From the NCBI GenBank assembly GCA_965178125.1, contig OZ237737.1:1054001-1118000 (forward strand): a stretch of DNA of 64,000 nucleotides, in the 5' to 3' direction. Positions 27,901-41,224 of the stretch are shown one piece after another. The translations under genes and the position numbers were made by a program. Position 1 is the first letter of the stretch; the number at the start of each line of letters is the position of its first letter. The stretch comes from Bilabrum cf. latius (Eukaryota). Under the pieces are notes generated by a model that saw only the letters and a program-made list of their open reading frames with translations, was not told the DNA's origin and ran no database searches.

Positions 27901-28321
27901 GGGCATGGGCCAGGTGGTGCCTCTCCGGGCTCTCGCCCTCTTCACGTGGAACGAGCTCGAGGTGCTCGTGTGCGGCTCTGCGAGGATCGACCTCGCGTAC
28001 CTCAAGAAAAACACCACGTACAGCGGATGGAGCGAGACGGACCCCACGGTCAAGTCGTTCTGGAAGGTGCTGCAGGAGCTCTCCGACGACGAGAGGTCCA
28101 AGTACATCCGGTTCGCGTGGGGGCGGTCCAGGCTGCCTTCCCCCGGGCAGACGTGGACGCACAAGCACACGCTCACGAAGCAGTCCCATGGCGGTACCTT
28201 GCCCGTGGCGCATACTTGCTTCTTCCAGGTGGAGCTGCCCGAGTACTCGACAGTGGAGGCTGCCAGGAAGTCGCTGCTGATCGCCATCAACTTCGGGCTG
28301 GCCGGCATCCTGCAGGCGTGA
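6905..28321 (+). CDS. Giant HECT-type E3 ubiquitin ligase (>=7,138 aa) with SPRY-like, UBA-like and NPCBM-like segments; may have an upstream exon (acceptor ending at 6820)
   Basis: Nineteen listed ORFs from 7193 to 28321 share one frame and are separated only by TAG (about 25 in-frame TAGs; no TAA/TGA in the gaps I translated). C-terminal HECT: FEGESGIDAGGVYRE...LPVAHTCFFQVELPEY; TGA stop. Confidence 0.9.
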
Positions 28322-29388
28322 GGTGGGCGCTGCTGAAGGGTTGGTCTGGTCATTTGAATAGCTTATACAGTATCTGAGTTTACTCATTGTTTACAACAGG
28401 TGAGCTCTTAATGCTCACGCAACATCATTGATCCAGCTGAGGCGGCCTCCAGCGCGCTCACGTCCACCCCACTCAATCTGCAGCGAGCAAGTGCTCCACG
28501 CACCAGATTTCCAAGCTGCAGCCGCTTCACAAGCTCCAGCGGCCTACCCCCCCTTGCTGCCTTGAAGACCATCTGTGCACACCTCGCGCGCCTCCATCGC
28601 ACGAGCTGGTCACCTTGCCTGGGATCCAGGTGAGCCACAGGTGCAAGCTCTTCTTCAGGCGCGAGCTCAAACATAGCACCAAGTACCTGTCGGGGCCGTA
28701 TATCTCATCTGCACTGCAGAAATGACCGTTCCGATGCACTGAGGCAATGCTAGCCATACTTATCGTAGGCTGGAACGTGGTGGGCCTCGCGGCTCGGCGC
28801 TAAATCGAGCCATGATCCGCCAGTTCTGCTGTCAAGACCTTCCTGCCAGTGGTACACACGGCCGCCGTAGCGGAGGAGAATCGCTGGAGGTAAAGGACTT
28901 TTTATCTTGCAACTGTAGATCATCGCGCTAATGAGCAGAGCGCGAGTCTTCTTCCTGATTTCAACACCGTTGACGAGGAAACTTCTAATCTACTAGTACG
29001 TTGCTATCAAAAAGTTCAATTGCCATCTCGTCATCGTGGCGTCGCATTACATCCACAAACGCTATTTTGAGCTGCTCCCACTCCAAAGAAAATCTGGTAA
29101 TACTTTGCAATCACGAATCGATCTTCTGGTTAAGGTTCTAGTGTTGTGTACCAGATCGGTCCAGCTGCCAAATCTCAGGCATAAAGTTCATTCAAACACT
29201 CCCCTAGCCATGCAGAATTCCTCCACTATGCCCTATGCCTAAAGAAAGAATATCGGATGCATGCGTCTACATTGCAGTGCGTTGCATCCTCCGGCGCCGC
29301 CGGGCACGAAATCACTGGTTCCGCTGAAGCACCCAAGATGGATCGTTCGATCATGTCCACTATTAAGTGATAACTAGGAGCAAGTATC

Positions 29389-30991
<1,603 letters not shown>

Positions 30992-31341
30992 AGCCAGAAC
31001 GATCGCAACCCGCGGTGGCGCGCCAGGCTTTGAAGCTGTGACATCAACAGGGACATTGGCTGCTTCCGATAGCGCCGGCACGGCGTGGCACCCCTCTGTT
31101 GCGGGTGCGCTTGAGTGATGGTTGCAGTTGCTTTTGCTAGTGTTGCTTCTGTTACCTGCGTGTGCGCAGCCAGTACACATTGGCATCACGCGACAATTGC
31201 ATTGCACCACGCAAAAACTACAGTAGTTGCCAGTGTCTTCATTTTGTTGCTTCTTTCGGTGTGAGCGCTCACCTGGAACGAATCGTCTTCACGCAAGCAG
31301 CGCAAAAGAAGAAGGACATGCAATTCAATTCGGGGCAAACT

Positions 31342-32985
31342 TCACAAGGGATTCTCAACATCATCATAAAGCGGGGCCCTGGTGCCATCGTCAAGATCTG
31401 CAGAGTATCCGCCCATGTCTGCTGCCGTGCTCGACGACGGGCGGCCCCCGATGGAATACTGCGGGCAGAGCCTATCCGCGAGCATGATGTATACCACCAC
31501 CAGAAGAAGTAAGACGCAGATGGTCGCCGCAGCAGCCGCTCCTTGCACTGCCCTGCGATCCTTCTGGTTCCAGCCCTCCACCGCGGGGGGATTGATGGTT
31601 CCGGGGTTCCGGGAATCCCAGGCCGGCTGGAACTCGTACAGGTCGTTTGGCTTGCCCGTGTCGCCGTACATGAGCATGGAAGACCCCATGGCAATCGCCA
31701 CGGGCTTGGCGTGCTTGCCGGGCGACACCCCGGTGGTCTGCACCACACCGAGCCAGGTGCGGGTGGAGATGTGGTACATCCACAGCTCGTCGGAGGCACC
31801 CTGCGCCGTCTTGCCACCGAACATGAAAATGTTGTCGCCAACCACCGCGGCCGCGTGGCCGAACCGCCCGGATGGCGGCGTGCCTGCGGTGATGACCCGT
31901 CTCCAGTCCGCCCTGTCCGTGGCATCCCCCGATCCCACTCCAAGCCCGGGGGGCGTCAGTTCCCAGATGTCGTTGTAGAAGACGCACTTTGCCCGCGAAT
32001 CGCTGCGATGGAATTCGAAGCAATCATGCAAGCTGCCAAGATACAGCACATCGCGAGAGTATCAATCCCCCGCAAACCTCCGAAGCCTGCTGCTTGCTGC
32101 AACGAGCTGCGATGGAATTCGCATCAAACATGCAGACATCACGCCCAGGCTTTTGCGTGATACAAAAGGTATAAGTAAAACAACAAGAATCGGTTTCCTC
32201 ACTCGCAGTTGGTGTACTGCTTGTACGACACGTCGTGCGAGAAGCCCCCCACCATCAGTAGGCTGCCCCCGTACGACACCACGGCATGCCCGTTCCGAGG
32301 CTCGGCGGCGGAGTTCTGCTTGACCTTGCTCCAGACAATGACGCCGGGGCTCTTGTTCAGCAGCTGGTAGGTCGGGAATGCCCAGAGGTCGTTGAAGTAC
32401 TGCTGCTCGTTCCACCCACCAAATAGCCAGACGTAGCCGCCCAGCGTGGTGGTCGAGTGGCCTGCGAGCAGCACACATCAAAGAATTGGATAGGTTGCAG
32501 TCATGCGATTATGCAGTGAAATACCGCGTTTGATGCATTGGCTCCAATCGCTTACCATTGCGAGCTGGCGGGGCAGCGGACGGGTTAGGGTCTGCCTGCA
32601 AGATTTTCCACTGCGACGATGCCTGCGTGGCGTCCGCGAGATCCGTCAGCAATAAGAGTTCCTATGAAACGGATTGTCCCGAGGCCTTGCCGCCGAAGAC
32701 AAGAAGGGAATCTGCGGTGGCTGCCAGGCCAGGAGCCGACAGCTGCTGCGGCAGCCCGGCAAGCTGCTGCCAGGTCGATGTCGTGGAGTCGAACGCAAAT
32801 GTTGAGTTACCACCCTATTGGTTCCCCCCAACTAGCACCATGGACCCTCCGACACGGACCGCAGAGTGCCAGGCGGAGGATTGCGGTGGCGGACCTTGCG
32901 TCGAGCGAAGGAGCCAGGACCCAGTCTCCGCTGCATGGCAAAGAACTATAGCAGCCGAGGCCAACAACAACAGCTTTGGCTACAT
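31342..32985 (-). CDS. Kelch-repeat type I membrane protein with signal peptide, 3 exons
   Basis: Starts ATG TAG CCA AAG (M*PKLLLLASAAIVLCHA). Kelch repeats GHSTTTLGGYVWLFGG, RNGHAVVSYGGSLLMVGG, RFGHAAAVVGDNIFMFGG; C-terminal TM ICVLLLLVVVYIML; TGA stop. Confidence 0.85.
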
Positions 32986-33328
32986 AGACTGACGTGATCG
33001 ATGCGCGGTGCCACGTGACAGTTCAAACAACCAAATCTGCGGTGAGAGTCGATCCAAATCCTGTACCAGCCTGAAGCATTATCCGCATACCATAATTGGT
33101 GTCTGATTCGAATAGCACACAAATCAATGACAACTTCCTCACAAGAATGCTTGATCCCGCTGTTCCACAGGCTACTTGAACTCGGGATACTCGAGCAAAC
33201 ACACATGGGCCAAACGTTACGGCGCCGCGCTTCGAGTTGCGGAACCTCAGGTTGATGAACAAGTTGCGACCACAGAAACCCGAACGGTGGAATTGTTTCA
33301 ATAATCAAGAGTGCCGCTAGACGGCACC

Positions 33329-35236
33329 ATGAGCGAAAAGCGCTCAACTTTGACGAATGTCCTTTTGACAGTGTACTCTTTGCTTTCATTATGCTGTATT
33401 GTGAAGGCAAACGATCGCTGTCCGACCAGTGTGAGGAGTTGAAGAGGTTCACGCGCAATAGTCTCGACCCAGCTAGTTTTTCTGGCTCGGGTTCGTGTAC
33501 AGGTGCACTGGTTCCTTCCTTTATATCTAGATAATATTACTTTCCTGCAGTGGACGTTTTCGGAAGTGTCTCCTCACGGTAAGCCTAGATAATGAAGTAG
33601 CTTTCTTTTTGGCATTCGCATATTTGTTTTCTGTCATCACATACAGATATAAGACGGATCTCTGTCTCCCTTTTGGTCTATTATACTCCTCAGGTGATTT
33701 TTGTTACAGGTACACGAGCGGAAGTAGGAGTGAGTCCTGTTGATGGCACAGCGGCTGTGCAGTTTCACTAGAGGAGCCGACGTATCATGTCTGCTTGATC
33801 CCGTCATTCACACAATTTTTGGTATTCGCAGCTGGATACTAGCAGGAATTGTACTGCAGAGTGAGGACAATAACTTGAATGTACTTCAACAAGCTGAATG
33901 TGCTTCGTTCTGGACTGGTTGCCTCGTTCGCCACGAGAACGCGTTCACTTTTGTTGCTGCCTTGCTAGCAGAGCTGGACATCTGGTGGACACTTGACTGG
34001 TATCCACAACACTGCGGAGAATAACCTCGTCTACGGCCTTTGCCTCAGCAAGAACTGCTGGTGAGTTTAGAGACCTTGCTGGCCCACCAACCACAAAAGC
34101 CCTTCCAACCTTGCTGAGCAAACGTCTCCAAATAGTTGCGGTTTGACCGTGCACGCGATTGTCTATAGGCGTTCCAAGTTCTCTCCTGGCAGGATCGGCT
34201 TGACTGACTGGGCTCGCGAGGGACGGTGGGACTGGCGGGACGGTCTGCCGTACGGCTACTCCAGGTAAGATTCCTGCAACTTTCCAGGACTTCACGCGGC
34301 CTTGCCTAAATAAACCAAAGTCACGATCACTAGTCTGCCATTGTTGCAGGTGGCACTCTGGGGAACCCAACAACTGCTGCGGTAAGTTTTATTGGCTTCT
34401 GCTGTTTCATCCATCCATGAACGCTCTGTCATTCCTTTACATTTCATGTGATATTTGGTTTCATGCCGCGCAGGTGGAGAGGATTACGTAAGGATTGGGC
34501 AGGACCTACCGCATCTGCGGCAGGATGGAGCAGTCACCGAGCTGCTGAGTTAAAATTACGACCGCCTAACCCAATAAACAAAATTGCAATTGTTCGTGGC
34601 TCTCTATATTCCACAGGTTCATATGTGGTCTGCGGGTGGCGCGCAACCAACTTGGAACGACGTGGGATCTACTTATTCTACCCAGGGCGTGTGCTACGTC
34701 AAAGCAGGGTGCAAGAAGGGACAGTACAAAAGTGGAAGCAGCTGTACGGCATGCCCTGCCGGGAGGTACAGGCCAAACGGAGGTGGAAATGGCGTCAATG
34801 ATTGCTTGTATTGCGTGAGAGTGCCTCGTGCCGCGTTCCAAACCCGATTTGCACGCAAATCCGATCGGATTTGCCGACCAAATCGGGTTTGGAACGCGCT
34901 GTCAGCATCCGCGCCACACACCGCAGTGGTTCCGCTGCCTTCATGACTGTACCTTCCCCATCATGCTTTGCTGCCGATTAAATCATTCCATCGCAGCCCG
35001 CCGGCAAGTATGGGAGGTACACTGGACGGACCACTTCCAACTGCGACGGCGACGCCAGCCGCGGCTACTACACCACGTCTGGCTCCACCCGGAGTACGCG
35101 ATACTCGTGCCCTGCCGGCGTGTACTCCAGCGGCAACGGAAACTCGAACAACCAGTGCTCGGGTTCGTGCGCCGCCGGATGCTATTGCGGCATTCGCTCG
35201 ACCTCCTCGTGCCCCAACAAGTGCCCCGCCGGCCGG
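33329..35236 (+). CDS. Multi-exon secreted/surface C-type lectin with Cys-rich (GCC2/GCC3-like) repeats, interrupted by the viral insertion
   Basis: Signal peptide MSEKRSTLTNVLLTVYSLLSLCCIVKA. Exons encode GGHLTGIHNTAENNLV, WIGLTDWAREGRWDW, WHSGEPNN and WNDV, then CPAG repeats. The frame stops making sense at ...CPNKCPAGR where the palindrome begins. Some small 5' exon boundaries are uncertain. Confidence 0.8.
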
Positions 35237-35292
35237 TCTCGCAGTCCATATGAAACCCGTAGTATACTACGGGTTTCATATGGACTGCGAGA
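35237..35292. repeat. 56-bp perfect palindrome at the left end of element A
   Basis: TCTCGCAGTCCATATGAAACCCGTAGTA|TACTACGGGTTTCATATGGACTGCGAGA, followed by GTAGAGTA. Confidence 0.97.
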
Positions 35293-35862
35293 GTAGAGTA
35301 TAGGGGATTTTACTTTTGTTAAAAGTAATTACTTTCCATGAATTGTACAAGAGTCGAAATTTCTGAATGGGTTATTCTGTACGTGCAGAGATGGATCGGG
35401 AGAGAGTGTTGCTGGGCGCGAACAGATTCTCCTGCGAGTTGCTGTGGATTCCGCAATTCCTTAATGGATATAATTTACTTCTCTAGGGGTTTCAAACGGG
35501 CGAGGGGCGGTCGCGGAGCGCACGTGCGGAGCGCGTGGTGTAAGATATTGTTCAGTATATTTAAAAGAGTTCCACATTTTGTGTCTCAGTTTTTACTTGG
35601 TTTAGTACGGATTTAATACAGATGTTCCATGTTCCACATTTTTTTCACACTCTCTCTCAATATTTCATTTTTGACATTTCTCTGAAAATTTCGTTTCGAA
35701 ATTATCTGTGGTTACAAAAAAAACATGGAAACATGGAACATTTCTTTTAATCTCTTTTAAATTATGGAACAAAACATAGAACAAACTTAGAACAATCAAA
35801 TAAAAAATCTTAGAACAAACACACAAATTATAACTCTATAAAATATATAAGGTAATGGTTAT

Positions 35863-36384
35863 ATGGATCAAACCCTAAACCCCACACAACTAACTCATCT
35901 TGCCAATCGTTTCAGCATACCCAATTTCAATTGGATACAATACAAAGATATCTTACATCATGGTTTACCCCAAGGCGATTTCGTACTTTTTTACCCTCAA
36001 GAACAATATGGTAACACCATCAGCGGTCACTACACCTGTGTTATTCAAACTCCCAATGTTATCTATTTCTACGATCCTTATGGCGAACTTCCTGATACAC
36101 ACAAAGTAAACCTTTCTGGTGCACAAAAACAAATCCTCTACGATCGCAAACTCAACCACCAAAACCTCACCAAGTTACTCTGGCAAACTGGTAAGTTAGT
36201 TGATTATTCCCACTACCCACACCAACAATACTCCGATGATATCGCAACATGTGGTCGACACTGCGTCTTACGCCTTGCCAATCGCTAGATGAGCAATGAT
36301 CAATACCACAAGTACCTAAAATACCTTAGCAAACTAAACAATCAACCCAATCTAGATAAACTAGTGTTTCAAATAACTCAGTAA
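35863..36384 (+). CDS. Virophage maturation cysteine protease (adenain-like), element A
   Basis: SGHYTCV, YFYDPYG, HQQYSDDIATCGRHC (His-Asp-Gln-Cys); reads through TAG 36286-36288 to TAA. Confidence 0.9.
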
Positions 36385-36407
36385 TTATTATCACTGGTAG
36401 TAATTAT

Positions 36408-37319
36408 ATGGCAAAAAGTCACGTAATTGATTACCAATACGTAAACCTATAGTAGTTCAACCAAGGCAAAACCGATCTTGAAACCAATCTTGAACAAACA
36501 CGACAATCAACCTTCCTCAAACCCAACAAAGGATACCTGTTTGGCATTGTTAGATGGTTTATTAGCAACGGTGTTGCCTTACCCGTTTTCCAAGCACCAC
36601 TCAATCCACTTTCAATCAGTGTTGAACCCAATTCTGGCACTGCCGAAATAATTGATCTTACCTTTTCCGAGGATCTGTACTACAACATGCAGGATCTCGT
36701 CGCCGAACTCAATGCCTCAATCAAAGTTGCATGTGATAATCTATCCATTGGTACAGGTGATCAACCATCAGTTAGTTTCGACGGTAAACTATTTTCCATC
36801 AACTCCAATACCGCCTTTCGTTCCGCCAATCGTCTTGGATTCAACCCCAGATTAACCCGAATGTTACACACTTTTCGTTTTGAATCAGGCAGCGGCAATC
36901 CATCCGATAGTTGGAACTGGCTACTACTAGAAAATGATCTCGAAACACAATTCACCGATTCACTCGAAAATATCGATCCTGTTGCTCGTATCCTTATCAA
37001 AGCACGGGGTTTACCCATTAATCAAGAATTAACACCTCTACCACTCAACTCACAAGGCAAAATCTCCGATAAAAGCGAAAGTATTGTTACCGATTTTAAA
37101 GTGGTTATGACCAACGGATCTCCTTATAGATCTTTCTTGTATAATGCTAGTAGCACTCCACGATGGACTCAAATGCTGGATGTATCTGGTAGTACTAAAA
37201 ACTTAACCTTTGAATTATACTGGTTAGATTATAGAGGTGTTGAAACAAGAATAAGTTTACCCAGCGAATCAGCCGCCGATATCAAGGGTTTGTTTAAGGA
37301 AATTAGCGAATTCACTTGA
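36408..37319 (+). CDS. Minor capsid (penton) protein, mavirus-like, 303 aa, element A
   Basis: Lies between protease and MCP. ETQFTDSLENIDPVARILIKARGLPINQELTP resembles mavirus penton as I recall it. Tandem TAG TAG at 36450-36455; TGA stop. Confidence 0.82.
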
Positions 37320-37344
37320 TTTTTTTTTCTACAACCTAGTTATA

Positions 37345-38117
37345 ATGAGTGAAATTAACTCTAATCTCCCTTTAGAAATTGGAATCAGCAAAAGCTACCA
37401 ATTTACTGCCCCCTCTCAACTTAAGTACCAAAGTCAAGCCGATGCACGTAATGCGGTTTATGAGGATCACCCATCAACCAAACCACTTTCAAACACTGGT
37501 TGGAGCTACCGTTGGCAGTTTGATCCTGCTGATGGATTGCTTGGTATCCCCGATATGGAATTCTAGAACCTTAGTTTCTTACTAACTCTCAATGGTGGTG
37601 GCAATCTTGTCCCCGATGACCTTAAAAACAACCTTGGTATCGCCACCTTCGGCGAATCATCAGTTGTTGAGAGAATCGATTTCAATCAAGCAGGACAAAA
37701 TATCCAAACCGAGCCATCCAAAATGCGATACATCTGGGCTGGTATGAACTCCATTGAAGTCAACTCCCTTATCACCAATGGTCCTGAACCTGATACCAGT
37801 TCAAAATATGTACCTCTGGCACAAAGCAATGTGCTTCGGGATGGTTTTAACTCCACCTCAAACACCAACACTCGCGGTTTAGGCTTACGTTACAATGCCA
37901 CTCTGGAGGCTGTAGATGCCGCCACCGTTAGATTTACTATTCCCAGTTTAATTTGCCGTCTACCCTCCGATGCTTTTGATTTCAAATCAGAGTACCCAAA
38001 ACCATGCAATAGCATGGATCAATGGAATCTTGAACTAAAACTTAATAACGTTGCCGCCAGCCTTGTTCGTTCTGGTCTTGACGACTTAAGAGTTGCATTA
38101 GAAGGAGGAACTGTAAA
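37345..38117 (+). pseudogene. Major capsid protein of element A, N-terminal ~257 aa, cut by insertion of element B
   Basis: Follows penton and is alignable by eye with the N-terminus of the MCP at 55753. One TAG at 37564-37566; the frame runs into the second palindrome at 38118. Confidence 0.75.
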
Positions 38118-38182
38118 TCTCACACACCACATACCAGGGGGACCTCCAATTTGGAGGTCCCCCTGGTATGTGGTGTGTGAGA
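38118..38182. repeat. 65-bp palindrome (32-bp perfect arms, 1-nt centre) at the left end of element B
   Basis: TCTCACACACCACATACCAGGGGGACCTCCAA-T-TTGGAGGTCCCCCTGGTATGTGGTGTGTGAGA, followed by GTAGGGTA. Confidence 0.97.
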
Positions 38183-38790
38183 GTAGGGTATTTTTTATGT
38201 ACATTTTTCTTTTGTTATAAGTAATTCTTTCCATAAAACGGGTAGAGGGTGGAAATTTAAGTTGCTGAAAAATCATTTTTTTGCAGGTGAAATTTTCAAC
38301 TGCCAAAAATTACGCACTGAGTTACACTGCTACGTTTCACATCTCGGGTTCTATTCCTCTTGCAGAGGAGAGAAATTTGGGGGTCTCCATAGTATTCTGC
38401 GGGGTCCCCCAGGCGGGGGATGTTCAAAAATTCATTTAATATTGCATTGAGAAATCACAGGGATTCTCATTTTCATTTTTTTTTTATTTGGTTGTTGTTC
38501 AGAAAAATCTCATGTTGTTCAAAATACTCGGTTTCATGAAATTTTCAGAACTCAGCCAACTAAAAAAAAAATGGATTTTGAATTTTTTTCTAAGAATGAA
38601 AAAATCTCATTTCCTTTATTTTGAACAACATCCCTACCTTTTCCGACAACAAAACCTTTATTTTGAACAACATTTTGAACAACATAATTATTCGTAACCA
38701 ATTATTTTGAACAACATTTTGAACAACAACGAATAAAATTATAGATAACTAATAATAACCATTTTTTCCCCCTAAATCTGAATAAATAAC

Positions 38791-39070
38791 CACACGCAAC
38801 ATTCCCCAATGGGTGCATCGTGTTGCAGAGCTCATGGGCTTTCAAATGATATAAGGTTGTACCAGGGTTAATTTCACCTGTCGCATGGGATTTTCACCTG
38901 TCGCATGGGATTTTCACCTGTCGCATGCGAATTTCACCTGTCGCATGCGACACACACCTGTCCCATGCGAAACTGTATGATCTTGTGCGACAACCACCAA
39001 CAAACCTTATATCATTTAAAAGCTCTCAGTGCCAGCAATGCAATGCACCCATGTAGAGGGGTTGCGTGTG
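38791..39070. repeat. Five 20-bp tandem repeats (38871-38970) enclosed by imperfect ~70-80 bp inverted repeats
   Basis: Unit (A/T)TTTCACCTGTCGCATG(G/C)GA. Flanks CACACGCAAC..ATGGGTGCAT..AAATGATATAAGGTT versus AACCTTATATCATTT..ATGCACCCAT..GTTGCGTGTG. Confidence 0.9.
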
Positions 39071-39184
39071 CTTTAGTTTTAAGTTATTTATGGTTTTATT
39101 TTTCAATCAATTGTTTCTCAAAAACTAAAGTACACGTAACTATTTGAGCCCTCCCATAACATTACCTGCATTCTTAGCTTTCCA

Positions 39185-39565
39185 ATGATACCTTATTTGT
39201 TACAATGGAGTAGCTACAACCTGCTCAACAAAAGGTTACCACCTTTTCACAAAAAGGTTCGAACCTTTTGGATTCGGAGCATCTCTGTTTACCCTGATAT
39301 CTCTGCACCTAGAATAGTTACGGATACCAAACTTTACAGATTGGAGCGCAGAGATACAAAGCACATCTCTATAAAATTACAAAGTAAATCAATGGGCTGG
39401 TGCCAAGTTACGTGCCAGCAAAAATTGTACAAAATGCAAAAGTAGTTCAGCACTTTGCATTTCAACATTTCAACATTTCAAACCCAACAAATATTATATC
39501 ATTCGAACCGTATGATCCAGCACTATTCGGTGGTTGGGTTCAAATTTGTTACGTGTGGTTTTTAA
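39185..39565 (+). CDS. Possible hypothetical protein (126 aa)
   Basis: ORF 39185-39445 extends through TAG to TAA; no recognisable motif. Confidence 0.3.
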
Positions 39566-39584
39566 TTCAGATTTCCGATCAAAA

Positions 39585-40952
39585 TCAAATGTTAAGCAAA
39601 TTTAGAACGGCACGAATCTAACTATTGGTTAACCCTTTGTAATCGATATTTAAGTTACACAAACCATCTTGCTTTTGAATCACAACCTAAGGTTTGGGTT
39701 TTAGGCGAATTATTGGCTTCAATTTTACTTTGGTTTTCTGTTTGATCCTTACTCGAATCTTAGGCTTCAATTTGATCTTAGGTTTCAATTTGATCTTAGG
39801 TTTCAATTTGATCTCAGGTTCAGGTTCAGGTTCACCCAATAAATTACACGGAATCACATCATCAGCATTGATTGAATATGATTTGTACGTGAGCGAGGTG
39901 CCTACCGAATGCCCCATTGCGGACGCTATTTTCTCCAACTGCTCGCTAGTTAGAGGTTTTGGCTAATTATAGTGATTGGTACAAGCAATCTCACGCCAAA
40001 CACTAGCACTTACCTCTACACCAACTAAGGCTAAACTAATTGCCTTCATCGTTGCTCCGAAATTTTTAACTCGTTTCTTATGACTAACTGTAAGTGGAAT
40101 TAAGTGATCCCCTGGCTCGTAGTACCGTTCCAGCAATTCCGCCATCCGGTTTGATATCACAAACTAACGCTACTGCGTATTACCTGTGCTTTTGCCTTTA
40201 TCTGTTCCTGCATCTATTTTCCACATTCGATCTCTAGTTGAAATGTTACTCAAACCATCTCCATTAATCGTAGTTGCCTACAGCACCTTGGCTCGGAACG
40301 GGGCTACATACAAGATAGCATATATCAGGCAAAATTTCCACGGCTAATCAACGCTATCAACAGATTTAGTGGCAAACCGTTCAACTGCTAATTTTAATGA
40401 GATAGGCGGAGCGGGTTTAATTGCTGTGCTGGTAGCCACGTTCTCTTGTTTGGCACTATCGTAACTCTATTTACTTACCAATCCCAAGAGCTTAATATCC
40501 TCATCTAATCCCTTATGGGTGGCAAGATACTGTTTCATGATACTACTCATGCTCTATATCTCTCTCTCGATTATTACCTATCGAGAGTGGCTAGTGCTCT
40601 TAGTAGGGCAGGTGCATTTCCTTGGGCGCGTTTCAGCGAAAAACCTAAGCATCTCATAATACTGTTTATCGTTCATACCTTTGGGTATTGGATGCTCCAG
40701 TGTTAATCCAAACTGTTCCAAGAACGGCATGATCGAGTTACGGGCAGTGCCCAACTTATTATTAATGGTTTTTATGCTCATCTCCGAGTAGTTCACCTTA
40801 ATCCATTCTTGCAACCTGCAAGTTGATTGCTTTGATTGGGGTTTAACCCATAAACCATGGCGTTCGGCATACCTTTCAATCGATTTGCCTTCCTTCAATA
40901 TTTTAAGCACTTCTGCTTTTGCTTTTTCCTCTAATTGCTTTGATTTATCCAT
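39585..40952 (-). CDS. Tyrosine recombinase family protein (455 aa) with C-terminal (IKLKPK)n tail
   Basis: Three listed ORFs joined over TAGs. Catalytic-type motifs LYVAPFR, DKGK, SASVWRE, IASAMGHSVGTSLTY; TGA stop. Confidence 0.8.
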
Positions 40953-41224
40953 TTAACTTATATTATTTAGTTGGCTTTAAATCATTTTTTGGAGGAAAGA
41001 TATTACGAGGTCCTCCTCATATACAAAGAAAATCATTTTTATTTGCAGATCCTCGAGCCCGATCAATTTTCCCCCCAAACCACGATCAAACGATTTCATG
41101 ATTTCTAAGATTTATTCCGTATTAAGTGCATTTAAATTAATACAGAGATACTCGCTAAAATCACGCTCTCTGTGTACTCATACAGGGAAATATTTGGGTT
41201 TTAAAATGCGTGAAAATTTAATGG

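Larger units (their letters stand above)
35237..38117 (+). mobile_element. Endogenous virophage element A (left part), interrupted by element B
   Basis: Abrupt GC-rich to AT-rich switch, terminal palindrome, ~570 bp non-coding end, then protease-penton-MCP. Confidence 0.85.

Noticed and set aside
28408-29240. Possible minus-strand gene or remnant downstream of the HECT gene
   Set aside because: Short coding-like stretches are broken by TGA and frame changes; no product can be supported.
38871-38970. CRISPR-like array
   Set aside because: The 20-bp units are directly adjacent with no spacers, and no cas genes are present.
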